From contig CBDCNQ010000005.1 of NCBI GenBank assembly GCA_965219445.1, positions 160,001 through 224,000 of the forward strand: a stretch of 64,000 nucleotides of DNA, read 5' to 3'. The translations under genes and the position numbers were made by a program. Shown here piece after piece: positions 39,995 through 49,587 of this stretch. The DNA is from Longimicrobiales bacterium. GTDB lineage: Bacteria > Gemmatimonadota > Gemmatimonadetes > Longimicrobiales > Gaopeijiaceae. Position 1 is the first letter of the stretch, and each line of letters starts with the position of its first letter. The notes beneath the pieces are model-generated. The model made no database searches, was not told the DNA's origin, and worked only from the letters and a program-made list of their open reading frames with translations.

Positions 39995-41176
39995 TCAGTC
40001 TCGGATGAACTCGTCTATCTCGTCGGCGCGCGCCTCCGCGTCCGCTTCGCCGAGTTCGATGAGTCGGCCGATGTAATCCGGCTGGAAGAGCACCATGCTC
40101 AGAAAGTCTGGACTCTTGGTCTGCCTGGTACCGAGGCCGCGCGTGAGGAATCGGAACGTCTTGGGTAGCTGAGGCTCGAACTCGTTGGCAAGGCGCCCCA
40201 GATCGACGGAGGGTCGCAGGACCAGCAACCTTACGGGCCGCAGGTCACCCCTGTCTTCGGGTGGCACTTTTTCGAGCACGTGGTTCAAGCGCTCCAGTCG
40301 GAGCGCGTCCTGATCCAGAAAATCGAGGAACACCGAGTTGAGGAGGACACCCAGAACCTGAGCGGGAGGGGGGTAACCCATGACGTCGGGAAGCCGAGCC
40401 TCGGCCGCGGTTCGGTTGTACCGGGTGGAGATCGCCAGGATTTTCTCCGCGCCGAGATGAATGGCGGGCGCAAGTGGAGTCAATTGCCGCACGCCGCCGT
40501 CTCCGAAAAATTCGTCGCCGACTTCGACGGCCGGAAAGAACAGGGGAAGGGCCGATGACGCCATGACGTGATCGAGGGTCAACACGGTCTGTTGGGACCG
40601 ACGTTGGGGACGTGTCCAGTCGTTGAGGTCTTGTCCCTGAATCCACGTAAGTGACTGCCCGGTCGTGTAGCTCGAAGTCGTAAGGGCGACCGCCTTGAGC
40701 CTTCCCAGTGCCAAATTGTATTGGATGCCCGTCAGCTCGCCGTCGACGGCATGTAACACTTCGGACAGGTAGTTCCTGAGGGGTGTCGTATCCACCAGGC
40801 CCCGCACGCGGGCCGCACCGCCCACCCCTCCCGATAGGAGCTGGAAAATCCACCGCAGACCAATCCACGTCAGCGAAGGCGCGTCGACCCGAAACACCTC
40901 CTCTACGGTCAAGCGCCGCCAGAGGGAAACCAACTCCCCCACGGCTTGGGCGAAGGAGCCGTGATGGGAAGCCAAGTGCGCGGCGTTGATTCCGCCAGAG
41001 GACACACCCGTGACGATGGGCACTTTGAGATCCGGGTACTGCCGGGCGAGGTAGCAAAGAAAACCAACCTGATAGGCCGCTCTCGCTCCACCGCCACCCA
41101 TCACCAGGCCAACGTCGGGACCGGCCGGCGAGGCGGTAGCCGCCGGGGATGTCTGGGTCTCGGGTAGCGTGGTCAT
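39995..41176 (-). CDS. Patatin-like phospholipase
   Basis: GGGARAAYQ, GVSSG (GxSxG), DGG. Confidence 0.92.
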   Translation of the reverse strand: MTTLPETQTSPAATASPAGPDVGLVMGGGGARAAYQVGFLCYLARQYPDLKVPIVTGVSSGGINAAHLASHHGSFAQAVGELVSLWRRLTVEEVFRVDAPSLTWIGLRWIFQLLSGGVGGAARVRGLVDTTPLRNYLSEVLHAVDGELTGIQYNLALGRLKAVALTTSSYTTGQSLTWIQGQDLNDWTRPQRRSQQTVLTLDHVMASSALPLFFPAVEVGDEFFGDGGVRQLTPLAPAIHLGAEKILAISTRYNRTAAEARLPDVMGYPPPAQVLGVLLNSVFLDFLDQDALRLERLNHVLEKVPPEDRGDLRPVRLLVLRPSVDLGRLANEFEPQLPKTFRFLTRGLGTRQTKSPDFLSMVLFQPDYIGRLIELGEADAEARADEIDEFIRD

Positions 41177-41202
41177 CCGTTGTCTTCGTACGGGGTCTGG
41201 GC

Positions 41203-41284
41203 CTCAGCCGACAATCTCAGCCTCAGCCTCCAATCTAAACCTCACCCGACAACAGCCGACAATCTAAAGCTCAGCCGACAACAG
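41203..41284. repeat. Degenerate tandem repeats of ctcagccgacaa, including the stop codon of the upstream gene
   Basis: ctcagccgacaa at 41203 and 41270, variant at 41241; 29-bp period between 41231 and 41260. Confidence 0.75.
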
Positions 41285-41663
41285 GGCGCCCGATGGCCAA
41301 GATTCCAGCGGCGATCATTCCCAGCGCCGCGAGTGCTCCGACGCCGTGGGCAAGATAAGACTTCAGTTCCTCCGGCCTACGGCGCATGACCGACACTGGA
41401 ATCTGCGCGGACGCTCCCGCGAACAGCATCATGAAGATGTGTCCCGTCAGCGCTGGCTGGAACATGCCCGAGAACAACAGAGCGAGCCCGAGAAGGATCT
41501 GGAGATGTATAGTGCCGACAAAGCTGGAAGCCAAGATCCTTATCGTCTTGTCATAGGCCCGACCCGAAGCCACCCCGTAACTCGCGTAGAGAACGGTCAA
41601 GACACCTCCGAGGAGGATCAGGTAGCGGAGGCCTGAGTGCGCATTCAGCAGGAAATTACTCAT
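41271..41663 (-). CDS. Small four-TM membrane protein
   Basis: HSGLRYL, HLQILLG and further TM histidines. Confidence 0.75.
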   Translation of the reverse strand: MSNFLLNAHSGLRYLILLGGVLTVLYASYGVASGRAYDKTIRILASSFVGTIHLQILLGLALLFSGMFQPALTGHIFMMLFAGASAQIPVSVMRRRPEELKSYLAHGVGALAALGMIAAGILAIGRPVVG

Positions 41664-41681
41664 CGTTTGGGCTCATCTCGG

Positions 41682-44675
41682 TTAGCGGTCGTCTCTCGTG
41701 GATGGAAGAAGGCGTTCAAGGCGATCCTCGATCGCTGATTGTCGTCTGATATGCTCCGGAGTGGGCGGATGAAGTGAGCCTGGCCGCACTTCTTGACCCC
41801 CCAGCGCGTCCATCAATTGTCTGGTTTGGCGCTGGATTTCACAGAGACCTGCGTCGGTCCCGTCCCGGTTCGCGCTGCGCCCACACTGCAAGTCCGGTCT
41901 TGCCTCGTCGATCCGCCGTTGGAGAGCGAGGAGCTCCAAGAGGTAAGCCTCTCGCTCCTCATACATGGCCTGTGTAATGGAAAGTAGCGGGTCTCCGCGA
42001 ACTTCAACCGTCTGCGTGAACGTAGTGCCCCTCGCCTCCAGGGTCACCGTATACGTTCCGGGCGATACCCAGGGTCCCTTCGTACCGATCGGGCGGGCCA
42101 ACAGCGAGTCGTCATGCCGGACCCAAACCTGTGGTCTGTCCAAAGTACTGTGCCGCAGATCCCAATTTACGCGATGAATGCCTGGATCGGACGGGACGAT
42201 GAGTTCCTGCACGAGGCGCCCGGAGGCGTCGGTGATTCGAAGCGCGACCGTGCCCCTCCCCGGCCCCAGTGCGTAGGTGATGAGGGCGCCGTCCACGGGG
42301 TTCGTGCCATGAAACTCAGCCTGGCCGCGATATGAGGTGTCTTTCCGGTAATTGAAGATTGTCGCTCCTTGGATGCGGAAGACGTGCGTCGTGGCAGAGG
42401 CCACTTCTGCGGTCCACTCGGCCAGCGGCCCGACGTCATCCAGAATCCAGATACTTTGGCCGTGTGTCCCGATTACGAGATCCTTCTCCCGCGGATGGAG
42501 GACGAGGTCGTCGACGGCCGTCGTGGGAAGATGGGACAGTTTCGCCCATTCGGAGCCTGCGTTGGTGCTCACGAACAGGCCGTGCTCGGTACCGGCGAAC
42601 AGCACGTTCGGGTTGTCCGGGTGCTCCGCCATCGAGTTTACCGAGCCGGGGGGAAGGCCGGCCGCCAGAGGGGTCCAAGTCTCTCCGAAGTTGGTGGTCC
42701 GGAAGATGTACGGCTCGAAGTCCCCGTCGCGGTGAGCGTCGAACGCGACATAGGCGGTTCCGGCCCCCGTTCGGGATGCCACGATACGGCTCACGTATGT
42801 CCCGTCGCGGACGCCGCTCACATTGCCGCTTCGCTCTGTCCAAGCGCGGCCTCCGTCTTGCGACACTTGTAGGTTGCCATCGTCCGTGCCGACCCATAGG
42901 ACCTGGGGATCCACGGGCGACTCGGCGAGCACCGTGATTTCTCCATAGCCAGACGTACCGTCGTGGCGGGAAATTTCGATGTCGTCACCGCGAACGCCCA
43001 TCAACTCGAACTCGTCTCGATCTTGACGGCGTGAGAGGTCTTCGGTCCGAGTCCATGAGCCGCCGTGATCCTGAGACATGAAGAGCCGGTTACCCCCGAG
43101 GTAGACGACGGACGGATCGTGCTGTGACACCAGGCTGGGGGAAGCCCAGTCCCATCGGTAGCGCGGCTCGCCCTCGGGCGCGCGCGGACGAATGTCCAAC
43201 ATGTCACCGGTTACGGGATCCATCCGGTAGTACTCACCCCCATCGGAATTAGCGTACACGTAGCGATGGTTCGTGGGATCGACTTGCTGGTACATTCCGT
43301 CACCCAACCCGGTTTGCTGCCAGTCGTCGTTGAGGATGCCGATCCAACGGCGTGTCTCGGAGGGACCCATCCACGAGTGGGTGTCCTGCATGCCGCCGTA
43401 TACGTAGTAGGGATCCCGATTATCGACACCGATGGCGTAGAACTGCCCGATCGGCATGTTGTTGATTTTCCGGAAATTGATTCCTTGGTCGTACGTTTCC
43501 CAGAGACCGGCGTCCCCCGCGAGGTACAGATGGTTCGGGTCGCCCGGGTCGATCCATAGAGCATGGTGGTCGGCGTGTACGCCCACGTCATAGGTGGGTC
43601 GTTCCGCGATCTCCGAAAAGCTACGGCCGCCGTTTTCACTCTTTTGAGCGGACGTTGCGAGGACATACACACGTTCCTCGTCCGAGGGGTCGATGAAGAT
43701 GTGCGAGTAATACATGGGTCGCGGGTCGAGGGAGTTCACCCGTCTCCACGTGGCGCCCCCGTCTTCGCTGCGGTAGGTACCCTGCTCGGCTCCGTCAGCA
43801 TGCTCAATGAGCGTGTTGAGAACTCGCGGGTTCGACTGGGAGATGGCGAGTCCGATGCGGCCCTTGTCCCCGGGCGGGATTCCGTTCGTGAGTTCGTCCC
43901 ACGTGTCTCCCCCATCGACGCTGCGGTGGATCCCGCTGCCGGGGCCCCCGCCATTGAAGCCCCAGGCACGGCGAAGCCTTTGGTACGTGGCCGCATAAAG
44001 GATTCTGGGGTTTGCGGGGTTCATGACGAGGTCGACGGCGCCAGTGAATTCGTCCACATAGAGGACGCGTTCCCAGGTGCGCCCGCCGTTCTGGGTGCGA
44101 TATACACCCCGCTCCTCATTCCCACGCCAGAGATTTCCCAATGCCGCCACGTAAGCGATGTCGGGGTCGCTCGGGTGAATGAGCACCTTGCCGATGTGAC
44201 GTGTCTCGACCAGCCCCAAGTGCCTCCAAGTATCGCCCCCATCGTCGGACCGATAGACCCCGTTCCCCCAGGAGGAGCTCTGACGGTTGTTTTGCTCACC
44301 TGTTCCTGCATACAAGATGTCGGAATCCGAGGGAGCGATCGCCACGTCTCCGAACGTGCTGACCGCCTGATCTGAGAAGACGTTGCGCCACGTATGACCG
44401 CGATTGGTCGTCTTCCAGAGCCCGCCGGACGCCGACGCGACGAAAATCGTGGACGGGTCGTGCGGAAGCGCTTCGACGTCGTGCACCCGTCCTCCAGTTA
44501 CGGCCGGTCCGATCAAGCGTGGGCGGAAGGCATCGAGCTGCGTCGTCGTGATGCCGGTCGTCTCATTCGGGGATGCCGTCTGCGCGGTGGACGTCACGGG
44601 GGCAAGGAGGGGACCAGCGAGTACAACCCAGGCGCCGTGCCGGACGAAGCAGGCGAGTATGATGGCTGGTCTCAA
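41682..44675 (-). CDS. Secreted VPS10/BNR-repeat beta-propeller protein
   Basis: IGPAVTGGRV, many SxDGGxTW repeats, YGGMQD, signal peptide; TTG start overlaps the upstream TGA. Confidence 0.88.
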   Translation of the reverse strand: MRPAIILACFVRHGAWVVLAGPLLAPVTSTAQTASPNETTGITTTQLDAFRPRLIGPAVTGGRVHDVEALPHDPSTIFVASASGGLWKTTNRGHTWRNVFSDQAVSTFGDVAIAPSDSDILYAGTGEQNNRQSSSWGNGVYRSDDGGDTWRHLGLVETRHIGKVLIHPSDPDIAYVAALGNLWRGNEERGVYRTQNGGRTWERVLYVDEFTGAVDLVMNPANPRILYAATYQRLRRAWGFNGGGPGSGIHRSVDGGDTWDELTNGIPPGDKGRIGLAISQSNPRVLNTLIEHADGAEQGTYRSEDGGATWRRVNSLDPRPMYYSHIFIDPSDEERVYVLATSAQKSENGGRSFSEIAERPTYDVGVHADHHALWIDPGDPNHLYLAGDAGLWETYDQGINFRKINNMPIGQFYAIGVDNRDPYYVYGGMQDTHSWMGPSETRRWIGILNDDWQQTGLGDGMYQQVDPTNHRYVYANSDGGEYYRMDPVTGDMLDIRPRAPEGEPRYRWDWASPSLVSQHDPSVVYLGGNRLFMSQDHGGSWTRTEDLSRRQDRDEFELMGVRGDDIEISRHDGTSGYGEITVLAESPVDPQVLWVGTDDGNLQVSQDGGRAWTERSGNVSGVRDGTYVSRIVASRTGAGTAYVAFDAHRDGDFEPYIFRTTNFGETWTPLAAGLPPGSVNSMAEHPDNPNVLFAGTEHGLFVSTNAGSEWAKLSHLPTTAVDDLVLHPREKDLVIGTHGQSIWILDDVGPLAEWTAEVASATTHVFRIQGATIFNYRKDTSYRGQAEFHGTNPVDGALITYALGPGRGTVALRITDASGRLVQELIVPSDPGIHRVNWDLRHSTLDRPQVWVRHDDSLLARPIGTKGPWVSPGTYTVTLEARGTTFTQTVEVRGDPLLSITQAMYEEREAYLLELLALQRRIDEARPDLQCGRSANRDGTDAGLCEIQRQTRQLMDALGGQEVRPGSLHPPTPEHIRRQSAIEDRLERLLPSTRDDR

Positions 44676-45457
44676 CCGTCCTCCTCTGTTCCTGTGTCGA
44701 GTGCTTCGCGGACGACCTCCAGAACCTCCAAGTCCATGTCGTCCGCCCCGAGCATCCACTCGAGGTAGTCCGCTTCGTGAGCTGCAACCTCTGCGAGTGG
44801 CCGCCCTTTGTGCTTGCCCCTTCGGAAAATAAATTCCGCGCCCTCCTTTTCGAACCACTGCTCCAAGGCGGTGCGAATCGGGAGCACCTCGTCGCAGTAG
44901 TGGTTGAGTTCATCCATGTCCCGAGGAAGGTGAGGATAGCGCTCGATCTGGGCCGCCAGCACCGCCGCGGTGGTGCGGATGTCACCGAGGGCCGTGTGCG
45001 CCTCCTGGTGTTCCCGGCCAAGGTAGAACCGCGCTGCCGCGGAAAGGTCGCGCGGCTCTTCGCGGTGAAAGATTCCCTGCATGTCGATCACCCGCCGAGT
45101 CCGGTGGTCGAAGTCGAGGTCCGCTCTCTTGAACTCAGCAATCAGCATCGGTAGGTCGAAGCGGCGGATGTTGAAGCCACCTAAATCGCAGGGCCCCATC
45201 AAGTCGAAGAGCGATTTGGCGCGAGCCGTGAAGGGTGCTTCGTCCGCGATGTCCTCGTCGGAGATCCCATGGACGGCGCTCGCTTCCGGAGAAATCGGAA
45301 TTCCCGGATTGAAGCGTCTGACCCGCTCCATGACATCGCCCTGCGGAGAAACTCTCAGGATCGCCATCTCGATGATACGGTCCTCCTGCGTGCTCAATCC
45401 GGTGGTCTCCAAGTCGAAAAAAACGAGGGGCCTGTCGAGCTCGATGGGTAAGAGCAT
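44672..45457 (-). CDS. DEDDh 3'-5' exonuclease (DnaQ-like)
   Basis: FFDLETTG, GFNIRRFD, AHTALGD, GKHKG tail. Confidence 0.92.
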   Translation of the reverse strand: MLLPIELDRPLVFFDLETTGLSTQEDRIIEMAILRVSPQGDVMERVRRFNPGIPISPEASAVHGISDEDIADEAPFTARAKSLFDLMGPCDLGGFNIRRFDLPMLIAEFKRADLDFDHRTRRVIDMQGIFHREEPRDLSAAARFYLGREHQEAHTALGDIRTTAAVLAAQIERYPHLPRDMDELNHYCDEVLPIRTALEQWFEKEGAEFIFRRGKHKGRPLAEVAAHEADYLEWMLGADDMDLEVLEVVREALDTGTEEDG

Positions 45458-45501
45458 CAGAACGGGTGCCGGAAGGGGTACATAGCCCTATCATAGCCAC
45501 C

Positions 45502-46500
45502 ATGAGCGAATCAAGCAGCATGCGGGCGGTGGTCCTGGAGGGTGAGGAGTACGCCGGAGCCCTGGCGCTGAAGGAAGTGCCGAAGCCGATCCCAGGCCCG
45601 GGTGAAATCCTGGCCCGCGTCTGTACCTCCGGCGTAAATCGTGCTGACCTGCTGCAGCGGCGGGGGAAGCATCCGGCGCCCAAGGGGTGGCCGAAGGACA
45701 TCCTCGGGATGGAGTTCTCGGGAGTGGTGGAGGCCCTGGGCTCCGACACGAGGCGATGGCGGGTGGGCGATCGAGTGATGGGTCTCCTGGGCGGAGGTGG
45801 ATACGCCGAGTACGTGACGGTGCACGGGTCGAACGTGGTGCCGGTACCGGATGGTATGACCGAGCATGACGCCGGGGCCATTCCGGAAGTCTTCATGACC
45901 GCCTTTGACGCCGCCGTCCTTCAGATGGAACTCAGCGCCGGAGAGGTCATGCTGATCCATGCCGTCGGAAGCGGGGTGGGAACCGCGGCAGTTCAAATCG
46001 GGAGGGCGCTCGGCGCGGTGACGATCGGAACCTCTCGAACGCCCGAGAAACTCGAGGCGGCTTCCGCGCTTGGCCTGGATGACGCGGTTCTGGCCGACCC
46101 CGACTGGCCGGAGAAGGTGCACGAAGTGACCCGTGGGCGAGGAGTCGACTTGATTCTGGACCTCGTTGGTGGGCCCTACATGGAGGGTAACCAGAGGGTC
46201 ATCGCTCCCCGTGGCCGACACATCGTCGTGGGTGTACCCGGTGGCACAGCCGCTCAGATCGACCTTCGGACGATAATGATTCGTCGCGTGACGCTCAGGG
46301 GCACGGTTCTCCGTGCCCGCCCCGTGGAGGAAAAGGCTCTCTTGATAAGGGCTTTCGAGGACCGGCTTCTTTCATTTTTCTCGTTCGGCGAACTGAAACC
46401 GGTGATCGACCGGGTCTTCGCTCCGGAAGACGCAAGTGAGGCTCACGAAGTCATGGCGTCCAACGAGAACTTCGGGAAACTGCTCCTCCATTGGGACTGA
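45502..46500 (+). CDS. NAD(P)H-quinone oxidoreductase (PIG3 type)
   Basis: GVNRADLLQRRG, GGGYAEY, HAVGSGVGTAA, GKLLL. Confidence 0.92.
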   Translation: MSESSSMRAVVLEGEEYAGALALKEVPKPIPGPGEILARVCTSGVNRADLLQRRGKHPAPKGWPKDILGMEFSGVVEALGSDTRRWRVGDRVMGLLGGGGYAEYVTVHGSNVVPVPDGMTEHDAGAIPEVFMTAFDAAVLQMELSAGEVMLIHAVGSGVGTAAVQIGRALGAVTIGTSRTPEKLEAASALGLDDAVLADPDWPEKVHEVTRGRGVDLILDLVGGPYMEGNQRVIAPRGRHIVVGVPGGTAAQIDLRTIMIRRVTLRGTVLRARPVEEKALLIRAFEDRLLSFFSFGELKPVIDRVFAPEDASEAHEVMASNENFGKLLLHWD

Positions 46501-46535
46501 CCTGACCGGAGTACTTCTCCAACAGGCCTCTAGTC

Positions 46536-49403
46536 TCAGGGCTCCGATGGCGCAGGTCCTCCGAGCGCTTCCCGGATGACCCGGGCTTGGTCGACAAGGT
46601 GGTCGATATGCTTTCCCTCGGCAGGACTCGCGCGCTCAGGCCGCGTCACATAGTCGAGCTTCACCTCCCGGGGGACCACGGTTCTCAGGCGAGGACCGAC
46701 GAAGGCGAGCGCGCCCATGTTTCTGGGCTCCTCCTGGACCCACACGACCTCCTCGAGGTTGGGGTACCGGGCGACGAGTTGCTCTGTCTCGCTAGCGGGG
46801 AACGGGTAGAGCTCCTCGAGCCGGACAAGGGCTACAGTCCGAGCACCCTCACGCGACTCGCTTCCGGCCAGGTCATAAAAGAGCTTTCCAGAGCAGAGAA
46901 CCAGGCGGGTCACCTCCGAGCGATCGAGATGCGTGCTCTCGCCTCCGGGGGTGTCGCTGGCCGGGTCGTCGAGCACGGGAAGAAACTTGCCGGTGACCAG
47001 ATTCGATACGGGCGACGTGGCCTCTGGATGACGAAGTAGGCTCTTCGGCGACATTACCACGAGGGGCCGCTGCGGCCGAAGGTGGGCTTGCCGCCGCAGC
47101 AGGTGGTAGTATTGCGCCGGTGTGCTCGGGGATACGACCCGCATGTTGTCTTCGGCGCAGAGCTGGAGAAATCGTTCGAGGCGAGCGCTCGAATGCTCGG
47201 GTCCCTGGCCCTCGTACCCGTGCGGCAGGAGCATCACGAGACTCGCGAGCTGTCCCCACTTTTCCCAGCCGGAGGTGACGAACTGGTCCACCGTGACCTG
47301 TGCGGCGTTGGCGAAATCCCCGAACTGGGCCTCCCACAACACCAAGGCTCTTCGCGACGCGACACTGAATCCGTACTCGAACCCCAGGACCGCCATCTCA
47401 GAGAGTGGTGAGTTGTGGACCTCGAAACGGGCGCTCCCGAAGTCGGCGAGGGGCGTATGCTCCTGTCCCGTCTTCGCGTCGTGGAAAACAATATGTCTGT
47501 GGCTGAACGTTCCGCGCTGGGTATCCTGGCCCGTGAAGCGAATGGGGATCCCCTCGCGGAGCAGCGACCCAAAGGCCAGCGCCTCAGAATGGGCCCAGTC
47601 CACGGGTAATCCCGGTCCGAAGTCCTCCTCGCGGCGGGCGAGCACGCGCTCGAGCTTCGGGTGAATAGTGAAGTTCGGAGGGGTCGCGAGCGCCGCCCTG
47701 TTGATGTCGGCGAGTACCTCCAAGGGCACGCCCGGTGCAACGACTCCCTCCGTCTCCAAGGTGAGACCGTCGTCAACCTCGGTACGGGACTGGCCTTGGC
47801 TCTGGACTTGCTGACGCGCATCGCGGAGGTATTCAGCGACGCGTTCCTGAATCGCCTCGACGTCGTGGGCCGTCAGGATACCCTGGCTTACGAGTAAGTC
47901 TCCGTACAACGTCCGAATCGTTGGGTGCTTCTTTATGGCCTCCGTTATCAGCGGTTGGGTGTAGCCCGGCTCGTCGCCCTCGTTATGGCCATACCTTCGG
48001 TATCCGACGAGATCGATGAAGACGTCGTCGTGATATTCCGCTCGGTACGCCATGGCGAGCCGGACAGCCGCGAGACACGCCTCCGGGTCGTCGGCGTTAG
48101 CATGGATGATCGGGAAGCGGAAGCCCTTAGCGAGATCGCTGGCGTACTGCGTCGACCGGCCGTGGACAGGCAGCGTCGTGAATCCAAGCTGATTGTTGAC
48201 GATGATGTGGATCGTGCCGCCCGTCGTATATCCGTCCAGTCTGCCTAGATTGAGGGTCTCTGCAACCACGCCTTCTCCGGCAAAGGCCGCGTCTCCGTGG
48301 ATGAGAATGGGAACCACCGCTGCCGTATCCCGCTTCGCGCCTTGGTCGTATCCGGTGTTCTGTAGTGCCCTGGTCATGCCCGTCACGACCGGATTCACGA
48401 ACTCGAGGTGACTGGGATTGGGAGCGAGAGTGATTTGAACGGTGGAGCCGTCGGGTAGATTCCGCTCTCCATGGGCGCCTTGATGATACTTAACGTCTCC
48501 GGTGCCCTCGACCGTGAAGGCCCCTTTGGCCTCGATTCCTTCGAATTCGCGAGTGATCCCTTTGTATCCCAGGCCCACGATGTGGGCCAAGACGTTCAGG
48601 CGGCCACGGTGGGACATCCCCAAGACAACCTGCTTTCCCCCGATCCTGGCCGCCTCATCGAGAGCAAGATCCAACATGGGGACCATCATGTCTGTCCCTT
48701 CGATCGAGAAGCGCTTCTGGCCGATGTATGTACGGTGCAGAAACTGCTCCAGGCTCTCGACCTCGGTAAGTCGTTGTAGAAGGCGCACCCGGTCACCATC
48801 GTCCGCCATGCGTGTGTGCATGCCCGACTCGACCTGATCCCACAGCCACCGGACGACATCGGGGTCCTCGAGGTGTTCGAACTCGTATCCAATCGTCCCA
48901 CAATAGGCCCGCTGGAGTCGCTGGAGCACGTCGGCCAGGGACTCGTCACGTGCGTTCTCGAACACCAACGAGGCGGGGAGTTCCCTGAGCTCCTCCAGGC
49001 TCGTGCCGAAGAAGGACGCATCGAGTTGTGGGTGCCCGGGAGGCTCCGAGCCCAAGGGATCGATGGTCGAGAGCCGGTGCCCGTGGTCCCGGTAGGCCTG
49101 AATGAACGACGTCGCACGGGCGACGACACGAAGAAGACTGCGCATCGCGTGCGCCTCTTTGCGGGCGGCACTCAGTTGAGCGGCGGCCATGGGCGAGGAG
49201 GCGCCTGCCTCCGAGTGGGACCCTCCGACACCGTTTTCGGCCAGGCCCTCGGGGACGATCAGACCTGCCTCGATCGTGGCCTGCGGGCCCAGGGCAAAGA
49301 AATTCCGCCACTGTTCCGGTACGCCCTCGGGGTTACGTGCGAATTCCTCATAGAGGGCCTGGGCATAGCCGACGTTCTGGCTGTCGAACGGCTTTTCGTC
49401 CAT
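46536..49403 (-). CDS. sucA: 2-oxoglutarate dehydrogenase E1
   Basis: GMSHRGRLNVL, GDVKYH, NPSHLE, HGDAAFAGEG, WEAQFGDFAN, LPHGYEGQGPEHSSARLERFLQ. Confidence 0.96.
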   Translation of the reverse strand: MDEKPFDSQNVGYAQALYEEFARNPEGVPEQWRNFFALGPQATIEAGLIVPEGLAENGVGGSHSEAGASSPMAAAQLSAARKEAHAMRSLLRVVARATSFIQAYRDHGHRLSTIDPLGSEPPGHPQLDASFFGTSLEELRELPASLVFENARDESLADVLQRLQRAYCGTIGYEFEHLEDPDVVRWLWDQVESGMHTRMADDGDRVRLLQRLTEVESLEQFLHRTYIGQKRFSIEGTDMMVPMLDLALDEAARIGGKQVVLGMSHRGRLNVLAHIVGLGYKGITREFEGIEAKGAFTVEGTGDVKYHQGAHGERNLPDGSTVQITLAPNPSHLEFVNPVVTGMTRALQNTGYDQGAKRDTAAVVPILIHGDAAFAGEGVVAETLNLGRLDGYTTGGTIHIIVNNQLGFTTLPVHGRSTQYASDLAKGFRFPIIHANADDPEACLAAVRLAMAYRAEYHDDVFIDLVGYRRYGHNEGDEPGYTQPLITEAIKKHPTIRTLYGDLLVSQGILTAHDVEAIQERVAEYLRDARQQVQSQGQSRTEVDDGLTLETEGVVAPGVPLEVLADINRAALATPPNFTIHPKLERVLARREEDFGPGLPVDWAHSEALAFGSLLREGIPIRFTGQDTQRGTFSHRHIVFHDAKTGQEHTPLADFGSARFEVHNSPLSEMAVLGFEYGFSVASRRALVLWEAQFGDFANAAQVTVDQFVTSGWEKWGQLASLVMLLPHGYEGQGPEHSSARLERFLQLCAEDNMRVVSPSTPAQYYHLLRRQAHLRPQRPLVVMSPKSLLRHPEATSPVSNLVTGKFLPVLDDPASDTPGGESTHLDRSEVTRLVLCSGKLFYDLAGSESREGARTVALVRLEELYPFPASETEQLVARYPNLEEVVWVQEEPRNMGALAFVGPRLRTVVPREVKLDYVTRPERASPAEGKHIDHLVDQARVIREALGGPAPSEP

Positions 49404-49457
49404 CGGTCTAAGCTAGTCACATTCTTGTCGGTGGGGAGCCCTTCCCCCATGGGCCCC

Positions 49458-49511
49458 TTGCATCGGTTCGCTCTCAAAGGTAAGATCGGATGCGGTTGAG
49501 AATCGTTCTCA
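49458..49511 (+). promoter_or_regulatory. Sigma70-type promoter followed by a Fur-box-like palindrome
   Basis: TTGCAT(49458)-N17-TAAGAT(49481); TGAGAATCGTTCTCA at 49497..49511 resembles the 7-1-7 Fur box. Confidence 0.65.
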
Positions 49512-49587
49512 TCTCATGCACCGAGCCTCACGACAGAAACGGAGCCCCACCGAGGGGCACCTTGAAGGAATAAATGCTGATGTTCCT

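Noticed and set aside
41203..41284. Repeats as a mini-CRISPR array
   Set aside because: Units are short and degenerate with no unique spacers
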